Origin: an uncultured Clostridia bacterium
GTDB lineage: Bacteria > Bacillota > Clostridia > TANB77 > CAG-465
DNA length: 64,000 bases
Assembly: GCA_944388575.1 (NCBI GenBank)
Contig: CALXJF010000006.1
Span: forward strand, 781 to 64,780
Direction of reading: 5' to 3'
In this document: positions 1-10,265 of the stretch, in pieces
Numbering within the stretch: the stretch's first letter is position 1
Layout of the letters: each line of letters starts with the position of its first letter
Notes under the pieces: model-generated
What the model was told of the DNA's origin: nothing
Database searches by the model: none
What the model saw: only the letters and a program-made list of their open reading frames with translations
Translations under genes and position numbers: made by a program

Positions 1-1
1 T

Positions 2-250
2 ATAGGAACTAATGATAGTATAAATATTTCTTTTAAAGAAATATTGTCTGAGCCAATTAAGCAAATGGCTCATTCTATTATTCTTGTGCACAATCATCCA
101 AGTGGAAGTTTAACACCTAGTAAGCAGGATATAATATTTACTAATAAAATTAATGAAATTTCTAATATTTTTAATATTATTTTATTAGATCATATAATAA
201 TTGCAAATAATAAATATATAAGTATGAAAGAAAAAGGATATATTAATTAA
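2..250 (+). CDS. radC: RadC/JAB-domain protein, 3' part (gene starts before the window)
   Basis: HNHPSG...LLDHIII JAB motif; frame stays open back to the window edge; typical position upstream of mreB. Confidence 0.9.
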   Translation: MGTNDSINISFKEILSEPIKQMAHSIILVHNHPSGSLTPSKQDIIFTNKINEISNIFNIILLDHIIIANNKYISMKEKGYIN

Positions 251-261
251 AAAGGAAAAAG

Positions 262-1287
262 GTGAAAAAAATGGGGATTATTTCAAAAGATATTGGTATT
301 GATTTAGGAACATCAAATATTAGAATACATGTAAAAGGAAGAGGAATGGTTTTATCTGAACCTTCTGTTGTGGCTATTAACAAAATTACAGGAGAAATAC
401 TTGCTGTAGGAAATCAAGCTAAAGAAATGGTAGGAAGAACACCTGATAATATTATAGCTGTAAAACCGTTAAAAGATGGAGTTATTGCAGATTTTGAAGG
501 GACAAGAATGCTTATACAAACTCTTATATCACGTGTTATACCTAAAAGCCTTTTTTCAAAACCACGTTTAGTTGTTTCTATTCCATCAGGAATTACTGAT
601 GTAGAAGAAAGAGCTGTTCAAGGAGTAGCTTATAAAGCAGGTGCTAAAGATGTCTTTTTAATGGAAGAGGCTATGGCTGCTGCAATTGGTGCAAAAATCA
701 AAGTTGAGCAACCAGAGGGATCTATGATTGTTGATCTTGGAGGAGGAACTAGCGAAATGGCTGTTCTTTCTCTTGGTGGGATAGTAGTAACTAATTCAAT
801 AAAAGTTGCTGGCGATAAATTAGATAGAGATATTATCGAATATATAAAACAAAATTTTAATGTTATAATTGGTGAAGGAGAGGCAGAGGAAGTAAAAAAA
901 CAAATTGGAGCTGCAACTGCATCTATGACAGAAGAAAAAATGAGTATTAAAGGAAGAAACTTAACTACAGGTCTTCCACAAACAATAACAGTTACAACAG
1001 ATGATATAAATAAAGCAATGAAAGATTCTTTATATGAAATATTAAGAGTAATAAAATTAACTTTAGAAGAAACTCCGCCAGAGATTGCATCAGATATTAT
1101 GGAAAGAGGTATAGTTTTATCTGGTGGATGTTCTCAAATTAAAAATATTGATAGGTTTATAAGTGAAGAGACAGGAATGCCAGTGTTTTTAGCAGAAGAT
1201 CCTGAAACTTGTGTTCTAAAAGGACTTGGAATGGCTCTAGATAGTATAGAGATTTTAAAGAAAACAACTTTAGCAAGAAAAAGATAA
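262..1287 (+). CDS. mreB: Rod shape-determining actin MreB
   Basis: IGIDLGTSN, KPLKDGVIADF, IVDLGGGTSE, VLSGG motifs; followed by mreC/mreD. Confidence 0.95.
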   Translation: MKKMGIISKDIGIDLGTSNIRIHVKGRGMVLSEPSVVAINKITGEILAVGNQAKEMVGRTPDNIIAVKPLKDGVIADFEGTRMLIQTLISRVIPKSLFSKPRLVVSIPSGITDVEERAVQGVAYKAGAKDVFLMEEAMAAAIGAKIKVEQPEGSMIVDLGGGTSEMAVLSLGGIVVTNSIKVAGDKLDRDIIEYIKQNFNVIIGEGEAEEVKKQIGAATASMTEEKMSIKGRNLTTGLPQTITVTTDDINKAMKDSLYEILRVIKLTLEETPPEIASDIMERGIVLSGGCSQIKNIDRFISEETGMPVFLAEDPETCVLKGLGMALDSIEILKKTTLARKR

Positions 1288-1310
1288 ATAATATATAGTT
1301 TGGGAGGTTA

Positions 1311-2159
1311 TTGATGAGGTATAATTATAATTTTGATAGCAAACATAAAAGTAAAAAGAAAAAAATATTTTTTATAATAATTATATGTATAGTTGTAATT
1401 ATTATTTCATCACTAATTTTTAGAAATAGTGATAATAAAATAATAAATAGTATTTCATCAGTAATAACTAAACCAGTAGATATTGTATATGAAGCAACTA
1501 GTAATTTTTTTTCTGGTATATCCTCATATTTTGCAAATAATAAGAAAATAACAGAAGAAAAAAATAAGCTAGAGGAAGAAAAGAAAAATTTAGAATATCA
1601 ATTGTTAGAATCACAGCGAATTTTAAGTGAAAATGAATCATTAAAGCAAATGTTAGAGATAAAAAAACAATTTCAGCATTTTAATATTAAACTAGGAAAA
1701 ATAATATATAGAGAACATGATAATTGGACTCAAACTTTCCAGGTAGATATTGGATCAAATGATGGAGTAGCATTAAATCAAGCTGTTGTTCATCAGGAAG
1801 GATTAGTAGGATATGTATCTAATGTTTTAGAAGATAGATGTACAGTAACAACTATTTTAGATCCTTCATCTTCTGTGAGTGTTAATATAAGTACAATAAA
1901 TGAACCGGCAATATTACAAGGAGATTTGAGCCTAAAATCAAACAATAAATTAAAACTCACATTTATACCTATAGATGCTGAGATTTCTATATCAGATATG
2001 CTGTATACGTCTGGTCTTGGTTCAACATATCCTAATGCAATACCTGTAGGTAAGATAACAGAGGTGGTTAATAATAAAAATGATACTGATAGATATGCTA
2101 TTGTAGAGCCTAATGTAAATATTAGAACGGTTTCAGAAGTGGGAATTATAATTAACTAG
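1311..2159 (+). CDS. mreC: Rod shape-determining protein MreC
   Basis: N-terminal TM, coiled coil, then IDIGSNDGV...GLVG and LYTSGLG...P.AIPVG; synteny. Confidence 0.9.
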   Translation: MMRYNYNFDSKHKSKKKKIFFIIIICIVVIIISSLIFRNSDNKIINSISSVITKPVDIVYEATSNFFSGISSYFANNKKITEEKNKLEEEKKNLEYQLLESQRILSENESLKQMLEIKKQFQHFNIKLGKIIYREHDNWTQTFQVDIGSNDGVALNQAVVHQEGLVGYVSNVLEDRCTVTTILDPSSSVSVNISTINEPAILQGDLSLKSNNKLKLTFIPIDAEISISDMLYTSGLGSTYPNAIPVGKITEVVNNKNDTDRYAIVEPNVNIRTVSEVGIIIN

Positions 2160-2173
2160 AAAGGTGTTTTTGT

Positions 2174-2698
2174 ATGCTAAAAAAAATATTAACTATAATA
2201 TATATAATTTTACTTATAGCATTAGTATTCTTTTTACAATTTTTTGTAATTGACAATAGAACGTTATTTGGAGTAAAACCTAATCTTATACTTATAACTG
2301 TTATAGTTGTAAGTCTTTGGTATGGTGTTTATATTGGAACTTTTTTCTCTTTTATTATAGGCATGTGTACTGATTTTTTATTTGGTAATACAACCGGTAT
2401 GTTTACTGTGGCGTATACTTTAACAGGGGCTATAACTGGTTTAATTAATTATAATTATAGAAAAGAAAATAAAATGTCTCTTGTATATGTAACTTTAATT
2501 TTTACAGCTATATTTGAGTTTATACAGTATATAGAGTATTTACTTATCACTCATGTATATAGTAATTTATTTTATTTTATAAAACAGGTGATTTTAAGTT
2601 CAATATTAAACACTATTATTGTATTTATAATTTATGGAGTAGTATATAAAATAGTTGAAAAATTTGAGAGTAATTTAAGAAGAGAAAGCACTATATAA
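2174..2698 (+). CDS. mreD: Rod shape-determining protein MreD
   Basis: Multi-TM protein with KPNLILI and G.F..FIIG..TD pattern; between mreC and PBP2. Confidence 0.88.
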   Translation: MLKKILTIIYIILLIALVFFLQFFVIDNRTLFGVKPNLILITVIVVSLWYGVYIGTFFSFIIGMCTDFLFGNTTGMFTVAYTLTGAITGLINYNYRKENKMSLVYVTLIFTAIFEFIQYIEYLLITHVYSNLFYFIKQVILSSILNTIIVFIIYGVVYKIVEKFESNLRRESTI

Positions 2699-2716
2699 AA
2701 AAGTGTGTAAAGGTAG

Positions 2717-4831
2717 GTGAAAAGGGTGAAGAATATATTTGAAAAAGTCATGAAATTTTTTGAAAATAGAATTTTAATATTGTATATTATTGTTGGACTT
2801 ATTTCAGTAGTTTTTATTGTTCAACTTTTTAATCTACAAATTTTAAACGGAAAAGAATATAGAGAACAATCAGAAAAGAGAATGTTAAGAACTGAAACTG
2901 TAGTTGCATCAAGAGGAGAGATTACTGATAGAAATGGTATAGTACTTGCAAGTAGTAAGTTATCATTTGATGTTGATTTATATAGAGTTAGAGTTACAAC
3001 GCAAGAGCAAAATGAGACTTTAGCAAAGCTTATAAATATATTGGTTTCAAATGGAGATGAGGTTTATTCTTCATTTCCAATAAATGAAGAGTTAAATGAT
3101 TTTAGTTTTGAAAATGAGGATGCCGAGAAAAAATGGAAAGAAGAAATGGAAATAGATGAAAATTTCTCATTTGAGCAGACAATAAGCTATTATATAGATA
3201 AGTATGATTTATCTGAATATAGTCATGATAGAAATACTCAAATAAGAATGATACAAATTAAATATGAAGGAAATCTAAATGGTTATTCTTTATTTAATTC
3301 TGTTACTGTAGCCAAAGATATTTCTCAAGAGTCTGTTGCTCAAATAGAAGAGAAAAAATCAGAGCTATATGGAGTTAACGTGGTATCCGTGCCAAAAAGA
3401 TATTATCCAAATGGGACATTAGCTGCACATATAATAGGTTATGTAAGTAAAATTAGTGATACCGAATATGCTGAAAAAAAAGAAGAAGGATATACAATAA
3501 ATAGCATTATAGGTAAAACTGGTATTGAACAGGCCTTTGAAAAGTATTTAAAAGGAAAAGATGGCGTAGTAAAAGCAGAAACAGATTCTCAAGGCAATGT
3601 TTCTTCAGAGAGTACAACAGAAGAAGCTGTTGCTGGCAATAGTATAGCACTTACAATAGATTATAGGTTGCAAAAAACTGCTGAAGAATCTATTGAAAAT
3701 GTGATTAAAAAATTGCAAGATGGTACGTTGGTAGGAAAAAAAGTACCTGAAGCTTCTGCTGGAAGTGTAGTTGTACTTGATATTGAAACAGGAGAAACTT
3801 TAGCTATGGCGAGTTTCCCTTCGTATAACATTAATGATATGGTCTCTGGTATGTCTGCTTCTGAATTAAATAAGTTATTTAACGATCCGTTAAATCCAAT
3901 GTATAATAGAGCGATATCTGGAACATATGCACCAGGTTCGACGTATAAAATGTTAGTAGGAATAGCTGGGTTAAAAGCTAACGCTATAACTTTAGATGAA
4001 AAAATATTAGATCCTGGAATATATCCATACGGTCATAAACCTAAATGTTGGATATATACTCAGTATCATAGAACACATGGATATGTGAATTTAGAAGGGG
4101 CAATAAAAGGTTCATGTAATTGTTATTTTTATGAAGTTGGTAGAAGAATCGGTATTGACGAGATTATAAAAACAACGAAATTATTTGGACTTGGTCAAAA
4201 AACAGGAATTGAACTTTATGGAGAATCAACTGGACAAATAGCTGGTGAAAAAGAAGAAGAATGGTATTTAGGGGATACATTAAATGCTGCTATAGGTCAA
4301 TCTTCTAATTTATATACTCCAATTCAATTAGCAAATTATATATCAGCTATCGCAAATGGTGGGACTTTGAATAAGGTTTCTTTAATAAAGAATATAAAAT
4401 CTTCAGATGATAATGAAATTTCTTTATCAGAAATAGAAGAATTTGCAAAAGAATTTACAGGAGTAGATTTTGAAAGTAGAGATGTTGGAATAGAACGATC
4501 ATATGTTGATGCTATAAAAAGAGGTATGTTATCTGTTACGAGTGAAAGCGGAGGAACAGCAAGTATTATATTTAAAAATAGTAACATACAGGTAGCAGGA
4601 AAAACAGGAACATCTCAAGTAGCAGGAAAGCAAAATAATGGAATTTTTGTTGGATTTGCTCCTTATGATAAGCCTAAAATTGCGGTTGTTGCAATTATTG
4701 AAGGTGGAGGAGAAGGAACATATACAGCAAATGTTGTAAAACCAATAATGGAAGAATATTTTAAAATATCAACAGAAGATAAAGCTAATGATAAAGAACA
4801 AAATATTGTAGAAAGTAGTATTAATTTTTAA
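2717..4831 (+). CDS. mrdA: Class B penicillin-binding protein 2
   Basis: TM anchor, RGEITDRNG dimerisation motif, SxxK (STYK), SxN (SCN), KTG(T). Confidence 0.92.
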   Translation: MKRVKNIFEKVMKFFENRILILYIIVGLISVVFIVQLFNLQILNGKEYREQSEKRMLRTETVVASRGEITDRNGIVLASSKLSFDVDLYRVRVTTQEQNETLAKLINILVSNGDEVYSSFPINEELNDFSFENEDAEKKWKEEMEIDENFSFEQTISYYIDKYDLSEYSHDRNTQIRMIQIKYEGNLNGYSLFNSVTVAKDISQESVAQIEEKKSELYGVNVVSVPKRYYPNGTLAAHIIGYVSKISDTEYAEKKEEGYTINSIIGKTGIEQAFEKYLKGKDGVVKAETDSQGNVSSESTTEEAVAGNSIALTIDYRLQKTAEESIENVIKKLQDGTLVGKKVPEASAGSVVVLDIETGETLAMASFPSYNINDMVSGMSASELNKLFNDPLNPMYNRAISGTYAPGSTYKMLVGIAGLKANAITLDEKILDPGIYPYGHKPKCWIYTQYHRTHGYVNLEGAIKGSCNCYFYEVGRRIGIDEIIKTTKLFGLGQKTGIELYGESTGQIAGEKEEEWYLGDTLNAAIGQSSNLYTPIQLANYISAIANGGTLNKVSLIKNIKSSDDNEISLSEIEEFAKEFTGVDFESRDVGIERSYVDAIKRGMLSVTSESGGTASIIFKNSNIQVAGKTGTSQVAGKQNNGIFVGFAPYDKPKIAVVAIIEGGGEGTYTANVVKPIMEEYFKISTEDKANDKEQNIVESSINF

Positions 4832-4840
4832 TATGATAAA

Positions 4841-4879
4841 CAAAAAAGATGCTAAAAAATTTTTAAGCATCTTTTTTTG
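4841..4879 (+). terminator. Intrinsic (likely bidirectional) terminator closing the mre operon
   Basis: AAAAAAGATGCT...AGCATCTTTTTT inverted repeat with A/T tracts. Confidence 0.8.
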
Positions 4880-4984
4880 TATGTACAAGTTTACAATAAT
4901 TAATATCAACTTATTTAAATAGTGTTGAATAATTTTGTAAGAATATGTTATAATTATTGATATAAATATAGGAGGTTTTATATA

Positions 4985-5260
4985 TTGGATAATAATAAAA
5001 GAAAAAATGTAGCGATATAAAAAAATGTTGACAGATGTGTTGCAATAGATGCTGGTGGTGCGTCAGGTAGTAGTTATGTTACTAGTATATAGCGTATTTC
5101 TGATAGTGGTAATGAATATATTTATGAAGTGAATTATAAAAGAGCTGGATATGTATATACTGATGGTTTAGATGGTTATGAAAAAATTCTTGGTGAAAAT
5201 ACAAAAACAATAACAGTAAAAAACGATAACGGAAATTTTATTGTATCAGATGAGAGGTAA
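4985..5260 (+). pseudogene. Gene remnant with two in-frame stops
   Basis: GGAGG RBS, TTG start, one frame with TAA (5018) and TAG (5090) but protein-like sequence (..EYIYEVNYKRAGYVYTDGLDGYEKILGENTKTITVKNDNGNFIVSDER*). Confidence 0.55.
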
Positions 5261-5551
5261 ATAGAAATATTCATGCAAACTAAGTTATATAATTTACAGT
5301 TAAAAAACCAAAATTTAAATAAAGTTATTAATGCAAATCATTAAAATCAAAGTTTAATTAAATGTTTTTTAAATTTAGCTAATTTTATAGTCTTGAGATT
5401 CTAAAAAATTATTTGCATTATAGAGGTTGCTGAAAAAGTAGTACAAAAAAATAGTGGATTGGAGAATAGAATTTCTAATTCGCTATTTTTTTGTCATAAA
5501 AGCTTTTAATTTTAAGAATACTATGATATAATCATGGCGGGTGATTTATAT

Positions 5552-6940
5552 ATGAAAGAATATAAAATTGAAAAGAATATTAGTCCTAATATATTTAGAG
5601 GATATGATATTAGAGGAATATATGGTGATGACTTAACTGAAGATGTTGCTTATACTATAGGAAAATCTTTTGGAACATATATTAAGAAAGATGGGTATAC
5701 AAAGTGTGTAATAGGTTATGATAATAGAACATCATCAGAACCTTTATATGATGCATTAACAACTGGAATATTGTCTACCGGAGTGAATGTATTGTCGATT
5801 GGACTTGTGACTACACCAATGTATTATTTTGCTCAAACTTTTTTAAATGATAAATCTGAGTTAATGCCTGGAATTATGATAACAGCAAGTCATAATCCAA
5901 AGGAATATAATGGATTTAAATTTTCTGTTAGTAATTTTGGTAATGCTTGTGGACAAATGATACAAGATTTTAGAGTATTTACTGAAAAGTGTGAATTTAT
6001 TTCAGGAGACGGAAAACTTGAAAAATTTAATATAAAACAAGATTATTTAAATTTAGTTAAAGAGTCTATTAATTTAGGAAATAGAAAGATAAAAGTAGTT
6101 GTAGATACTGCAAATGGTACAGCTTCAATTATTGCAAAAGATGTATTTGATCTATTTAAAGATAAGATAGAAATGGTACCATTATATATGAAATCAGATT
6201 CTAATTTTCCAAATCATCATCCAGATCCAAGTGTTGAATCAAATAATGAAGATTTAAAAAAGAAAGTTATTGAAGAAAAAGCTGATTTTGGAATAGGTAT
6301 AGATGGTGATGGAGATAGAGTTGGAATTATTGATGAAAAAGGTCAAATGATATATATTGACTTTTTTGCCATTATTATTTGGAGAGATATTATGAGTAAA
6401 GTTTCAAATAAAAATGCTTTATTTGATGTAAAATGCTCTAAGTCTTTACAAGATGAGATAATAAAATTAGGAGGTAATCCTGTTTGCTATAGAACTGGAA
6501 ATTCATATATGAAGGCTAAAATGAGAGAAGGAAATTTTGCTTTTGGAAGTGAACTTTCAGGACATGTATTCTTTAATGACAAATGGCCAAATATAGATGA
6601 TGGATTATATGCTGGTTTAAGATTAGCTGAAATTCTAACAAAAACTGATAAAACTGTTTCAGCTTTACTAGATGGAGTAAATAAATACTATTCAACACCA
6701 GAAATAAAGATAGAGTCAACTGATGAGGAAAAATTTAAAGTGATTGAGAAAATAAAGAACTATTGTAATTCTCAAAGTTATAAAGTTAACGATATAGATG
6801 GTGTAAGAGCTGAGTTTGATAATGGATGGGCTCTTGTTAGAGCTTCTAATACAGGTCCAAATATTACAGCTAGATTTGAAGGTGTAACAGAAGAAGATAT
6901 GAAAAAAATAGAAAATGAATTTATGAATTTGTTAAAATAA
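5552..6940 (+). CDS. Phosphomannomutase/phosphoglucomutase
   Basis: IFRGYDIRG, ITASHNP (phosphoserine), DGDGDR, ELSGH, VRASNT. Confidence 0.93.
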   Translation: MKEYKIEKNISPNIFRGYDIRGIYGDDLTEDVAYTIGKSFGTYIKKDGYTKCVIGYDNRTSSEPLYDALTTGILSTGVNVLSIGLVTTPMYYFAQTFLNDKSELMPGIMITASHNPKEYNGFKFSVSNFGNACGQMIQDFRVFTEKCEFISGDGKLEKFNIKQDYLNLVKESINLGNRKIKVVVDTANGTASIIAKDVFDLFKDKIEMVPLYMKSDSNFPNHHPDPSVESNNEDLKKKVIEEKADFGIGIDGDGDRVGIIDEKGQMIYIDFFAIIIWRDIMSKVSNKNALFDVKCSKSLQDEIIKLGGNPVCYRTGNSYMKAKMREGNFAFGSELSGHVFFNDKWPNIDDGLYAGLRLAEILTKTDKTVSALLDGVNKYYSTPEIKIESTDEEKFKVIEKIKNYCNSQSYKVNDIDGVRAEFDNGWALVRASNTGPNITARFEGVTEEDMKKIENEFMNLLK

Positions 6941-6956
6941 AAAAGGAGATGGTTTT

Positions 6957-7823
6957 ATGAAGAAAATTTTAGTTATAGGCCAAGATGGAATGCTTGGAGG
7001 AGAATTATATACTAAATTATGTGAATGTAATAATTATGATGTATATAAAACAACAATAGAAACGTTAGATATATGTAATAAAGATGCAGTTTTAGATGAA
7101 GTCAAAAAAATAGAACCAGATTTTATAATAAATTGTGCAGCTTATACAAATGTTGATGGATGTGAAACACATTTTGATTTAGCTAATTCAGTAAATGGTT
7201 TGGCTGTAGGAAATATTGCTGAAGCAGTAAATTTAGTTGATGCAACATTAATTCAAATAAGTACAGATTATATTTTTGATGGTACATTAGAGATTGGAAA
7301 GTCTTATACTGAAGATATGTCACCTAACCCTGTTAGTGCATATGGAAAGACTAAGTATTTAGGAGAACAAATGGCTGAAAAGGCAAAAAAGCATTATATA
7401 TTAAGAACTGCTTGGTTATATGGGCTTGGTGGAAAAAACTTTGTAAAAACAATGCTTAAGCTTGCACAGTCTAATGATGAAGTATCTGTTGTATGCGATC
7501 AACACGGTAGTCCAACCTCTACGACTACTTTATGTGAAATTATAATGCAACTACTTGTAAAGCAACCAGAATATGGTGTGTATCATTCTACAAATGAAGG
7601 TTTTACTGTTTGGAGTGAGTTTACTAAAAAAATATTTGAATTTGCAAATATAGATACTAAAGTAAAATCTATAACTTCTAAAGAATATAAAGAAATGTAT
7701 CCAAATTCTAGTAATAGACCGTTTAATAGTATGCTTTCAAAAGAAAAGCTACATAGTGTCGGTATCTATCCTAAAAAATGGGAAGATGCTTTAAGTGAAT
7801 ATTTAAAGGAGGAATTAAAATAG
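6957..7823 (+). CDS. rmlD: dTDP-4-dehydrorhamnose reductase
   Basis: [38 protein letters not shown]. Confidence 0.93.
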   Translation: MKKILVIGQDGMLGGELYTKLCECNNYDVYKTTIETLDICNKDAVLDEVKKIEPDFIINCAAYTNVDGCETHFDLANSVNGLAVGNIAEAVNLVDATLIQISTDYIFDGTLEIGKSYTEDMSPNPVSAYGKTKYLGEQMAEKAKKHYILRTAWLYGLGGKNFVKTMLKLAQSNDEVSVVCDQHGSPTSTTTLCEIIMQLLVKQPEYGVYHSTNEGFTVWSEFTKKIFEFANIDTKVKSITSKEYKEMYPNSSNRPFNSMLSKEKLHSVGIYPKKWEDALSEYLKEELK

Positions 7824-8689
7824 TGAAAGGAATTATTTTAGCAGGTGGCAGTGGAACTAGATTATATCCTGTAACACTAGCCGTTTCAAAACAAATGTTA
7901 CCGGTATATGACAAACCAATGATTTATTATCCATTATCTACATTAATGCAAGCAGGAATAAAAGAAGTACTTATTATTTCTACGCCAATACATTTACCTA
8001 TGTTTAAAATGTTACTTGGTGATGGATCGGAGCTTGGAATGGAACTTTCGTATAAAGTTCAAGAAAAGCCGGTTGGTCTTGCAGATGCTTTTAGACTTGG
8101 AGAAGAATTTATAGGTGATGATAATGTAGCTTTAATTCTTGGGGATAATATAATATATGGTCCTGGATTAGAAGAAATGTTACAAAAAGCAGGTAGCTTA
8201 AGTAAAGGTGGATTAATTTTTGGATACGAAGTATCTGATCCTACTTCATATGGTGTTGTAGAAATGGATGAAAACGGAAATGCTATTTCTATAGAAGAAA
8301 AGCCAGAAAAACCTAAATCAAAATTAGCAGTACCTGGTTTATATTTTTATGATAATAGTGTTGTGAAAATTGCAAAAGAAATTAAGCCTTCTGCTAGAGG
8401 TGAGCTTGAAATTACTGATGTTAATAGAGCATATATGGAACAAGGAAATTTAAAAGTAATACCTCTTGGTAGAGGATTTGCTTGGTTTGATACTGGGACT
8501 GCAGATAGATTAAATGATGCTACTGATTTTGTCAAAGCAATAGAATTAAGACAAGGAACGCAAATTGCTTGTTTAGAGGAAATAGCTTACAAAAATGGTT
8601 GGATAAATAAAGAGAAAACTTTAGAATTAGCAGACAAGTATAAAAAGACTGAATATGGTAAATATATAGAAAGAGTTGTAGGGGAGTAA
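7823..8689 (+). CDS. rmlA: Glucose-1-phosphate thymidylyltransferase
   Basis: [47 protein letters not shown]. Confidence 0.97.
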   Translation: MKGIILAGGSGTRLYPVTLAVSKQMLPVYDKPMIYYPLSTLMQAGIKEVLIISTPIHLPMFKMLLGDGSELGMELSYKVQEKPVGLADAFRLGEEFIGDDNVALILGDNIIYGPGLEEMLQKAGSLSKGGLIFGYEVSDPTSYGVVEMDENGNAISIEEKPEKPKSKLAVPGLYFYDNSVVKIAKEIKPSARGELEITDVNRAYMEQGNLKVIPLGRGFAWFDTGTADRLNDATDFVKAIELRQGTQIACLEEIAYKNGWINKEKTLELADKYKKTEYGKYIERVVGE

Positions 8690-8692
8690 TAT

Positions 8693-9274
8693 ATGGGGAA
8701 ATTTAAGAAAAATGAAACTTCGATTAAGGGAGTTTATATAATTGAACCAACAGTTTTTGGCGATGATAGGGGATACTTTATGGAGACATATAGTGAATTA
8801 GAGTTTGCCGAAATTGGTATAAATAATAAATTTGTACAAGACAATCAATCAAAGTCAAAAAAAGGAGTTTTAAGAGGATTACATTTTCAAAAAGAAAATT
8901 CTCAGGCAAAGCTTGTTAGATGTATTAAAGGTGAAGTTTTTGATGTAGCAGTTGACTTAAGACCTAAAAGTAAAACATATGGTAAATGGGAAGGAGTTAT
9001 TCTTTCAGAAGAAAATAAAAAGATGTTTATGATTCCAAAAGGATTTGCACATGGATTTTTAGTTCTATCTGATATAGCAGAATTTGCATATAAATGTGAT
9101 GATGTATATAATCATGAGGCAGAAGGTGGGCTTAAATGGGATGATCCTGATGTAAATATTGAGTGGCCTATAGATAATATTTCCAAAGCTGAGCTTATTA
9201 CATCAGAAAAAGACTCGAAATGGCCATCTTTAAGAGAATTAAAAGAAACTGATTTATTTAAAAATTTAGAATAA
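8693..9274 (+). CDS. rmlC: dTDP-4-dehydrorhamnose 3,5-epimerase
   Basis: FGDDRGYF, FVQDNQSKS..GVLRGLHFQ, GFAHGF. Confidence 0.96.
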   Translation: MGKFKKNETSIKGVYIIEPTVFGDDRGYFMETYSELEFAEIGINNKFVQDNQSKSKKGVLRGLHFQKENSQAKLVRCIKGEVFDVAVDLRPKSKTYGKWEGVILSEENKKMFMIPKGFAHGFLVLSDIAEFAYKCDDVYNHEAEGGLKWDDPDVNIEWPIDNISKAELITSEKDSKWPSLRELKETDLFKNLE

Positions 9275-9289
9275 TGGAGGAAAAGCAAT

Positions 9290-10252
9290 ATGAAAAATAT
9301 ATTAATAACAGGTGGTGCTGGATTTATAGGCTCAAACTTTGTAAATCATATGGTAGAAAAATATGGAAATAGATATACATATGTTGTATATGACAAAATG
9401 ACATATGCTGCAAATATGGAGAATTTAAAACCATCTGATGGAAAATATGAATTTGTAAAAGCAGATATTTGCGATTTTGACAAAGTTAAAGAAACAATAC
9501 AAAAATATGATATTGATGCAGTTGTACATTTTGCTGCGGAATCTCATGTTGATAATAGTATAAAAAGACCTTTATCTTTTACTGAGAATAATGTTATGGG
9601 GACAAATGCTTTAATTGAGGCTTGTAAACAGGTTTGGGGAGAAGGTTCAGAAAATAGATTTGTACATGTTTCAACTGATGAAGTATATGGTACATTAAAA
9701 GATGGAGATGAGATGTTTGTTGAAACTTTACCTCTTGCTCCAAATAGTCCTTATTCTGCGTCTAAAGCAGGATCTGATTTGGTGGTAAGAGCATATTGTG
9801 AAACATTTAAAATGAATGCATGTATTACTAGATGCTCTAATAACTATGGACCAAATCAACATGAAGAAAAATTAATACCATTAATGATTAAAAAAGCTAA
9901 GGCAGGAGAAAATTTACCGGTATATGGAACAGGAAATAATATTCGTGATTGGTTGTTTGTTAAAGATCATTGTATAGCTATTGATACTGTACTTCATAAT
10001 GGAGTTAAAGGTGAGATATACAATGTTGGTGGAAATAATGAAAAAACTAACTTAGAAATAGTTAAAACTATATTAAAACAATTAGGTAAATCAGAAAATT
10101 TAATTACATTTGTTGAAGATAGAAAAGGACATGATTATAGATATGCAATTAATTCTTCAAAAATCAAAAGAGAACTTGGCTGGGAACCATCAGTTACTGT
10201 TGAAGAAGGTTTAAGACAAACAATTGAATGGTACTCAAATAAAGAATATTAA
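9290..10252 (+). CDS. rmlB: dTDP-glucose 4,6-dehydratase
   Basis: GGAGFIG, HFAAESHVD, VSTDEVYG, YSASK, RDWLFVKDH, DRKGHDYRY. Confidence 0.96.
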   Translation: MKNILITGGAGFIGSNFVNHMVEKYGNRYTYVVYDKMTYAANMENLKPSDGKYEFVKADICDFDKVKETIQKYDIDAVVHFAAESHVDNSIKRPLSFTENNVMGTNALIEACKQVWGEGSENRFVHVSTDEVYGTLKDGDEMFVETLPLAPNSPYSASKAGSDLVVRAYCETFKMNACITRCSNNYGPNQHEEKLIPLMIKKAKAGENLPVYGTGNNIRDWLFVKDHCIAIDTVLHNGVKGEIYNVGGNNEKTNLEIVKTILKQLGKSENLITFVEDRKGHDYRYAINSSKIKRELGWEPSVTVEEGLRQTIEWYSNKEY

Positions 10253-10265
10253 TAATATGTAAAAA

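Noticed and set aside
4985-5260. Stop-codon reassignment to explain the in-frame stops
   Set aside because: Both TAA and TAG interrupt the frame, and all three stops terminate normal genes in the window
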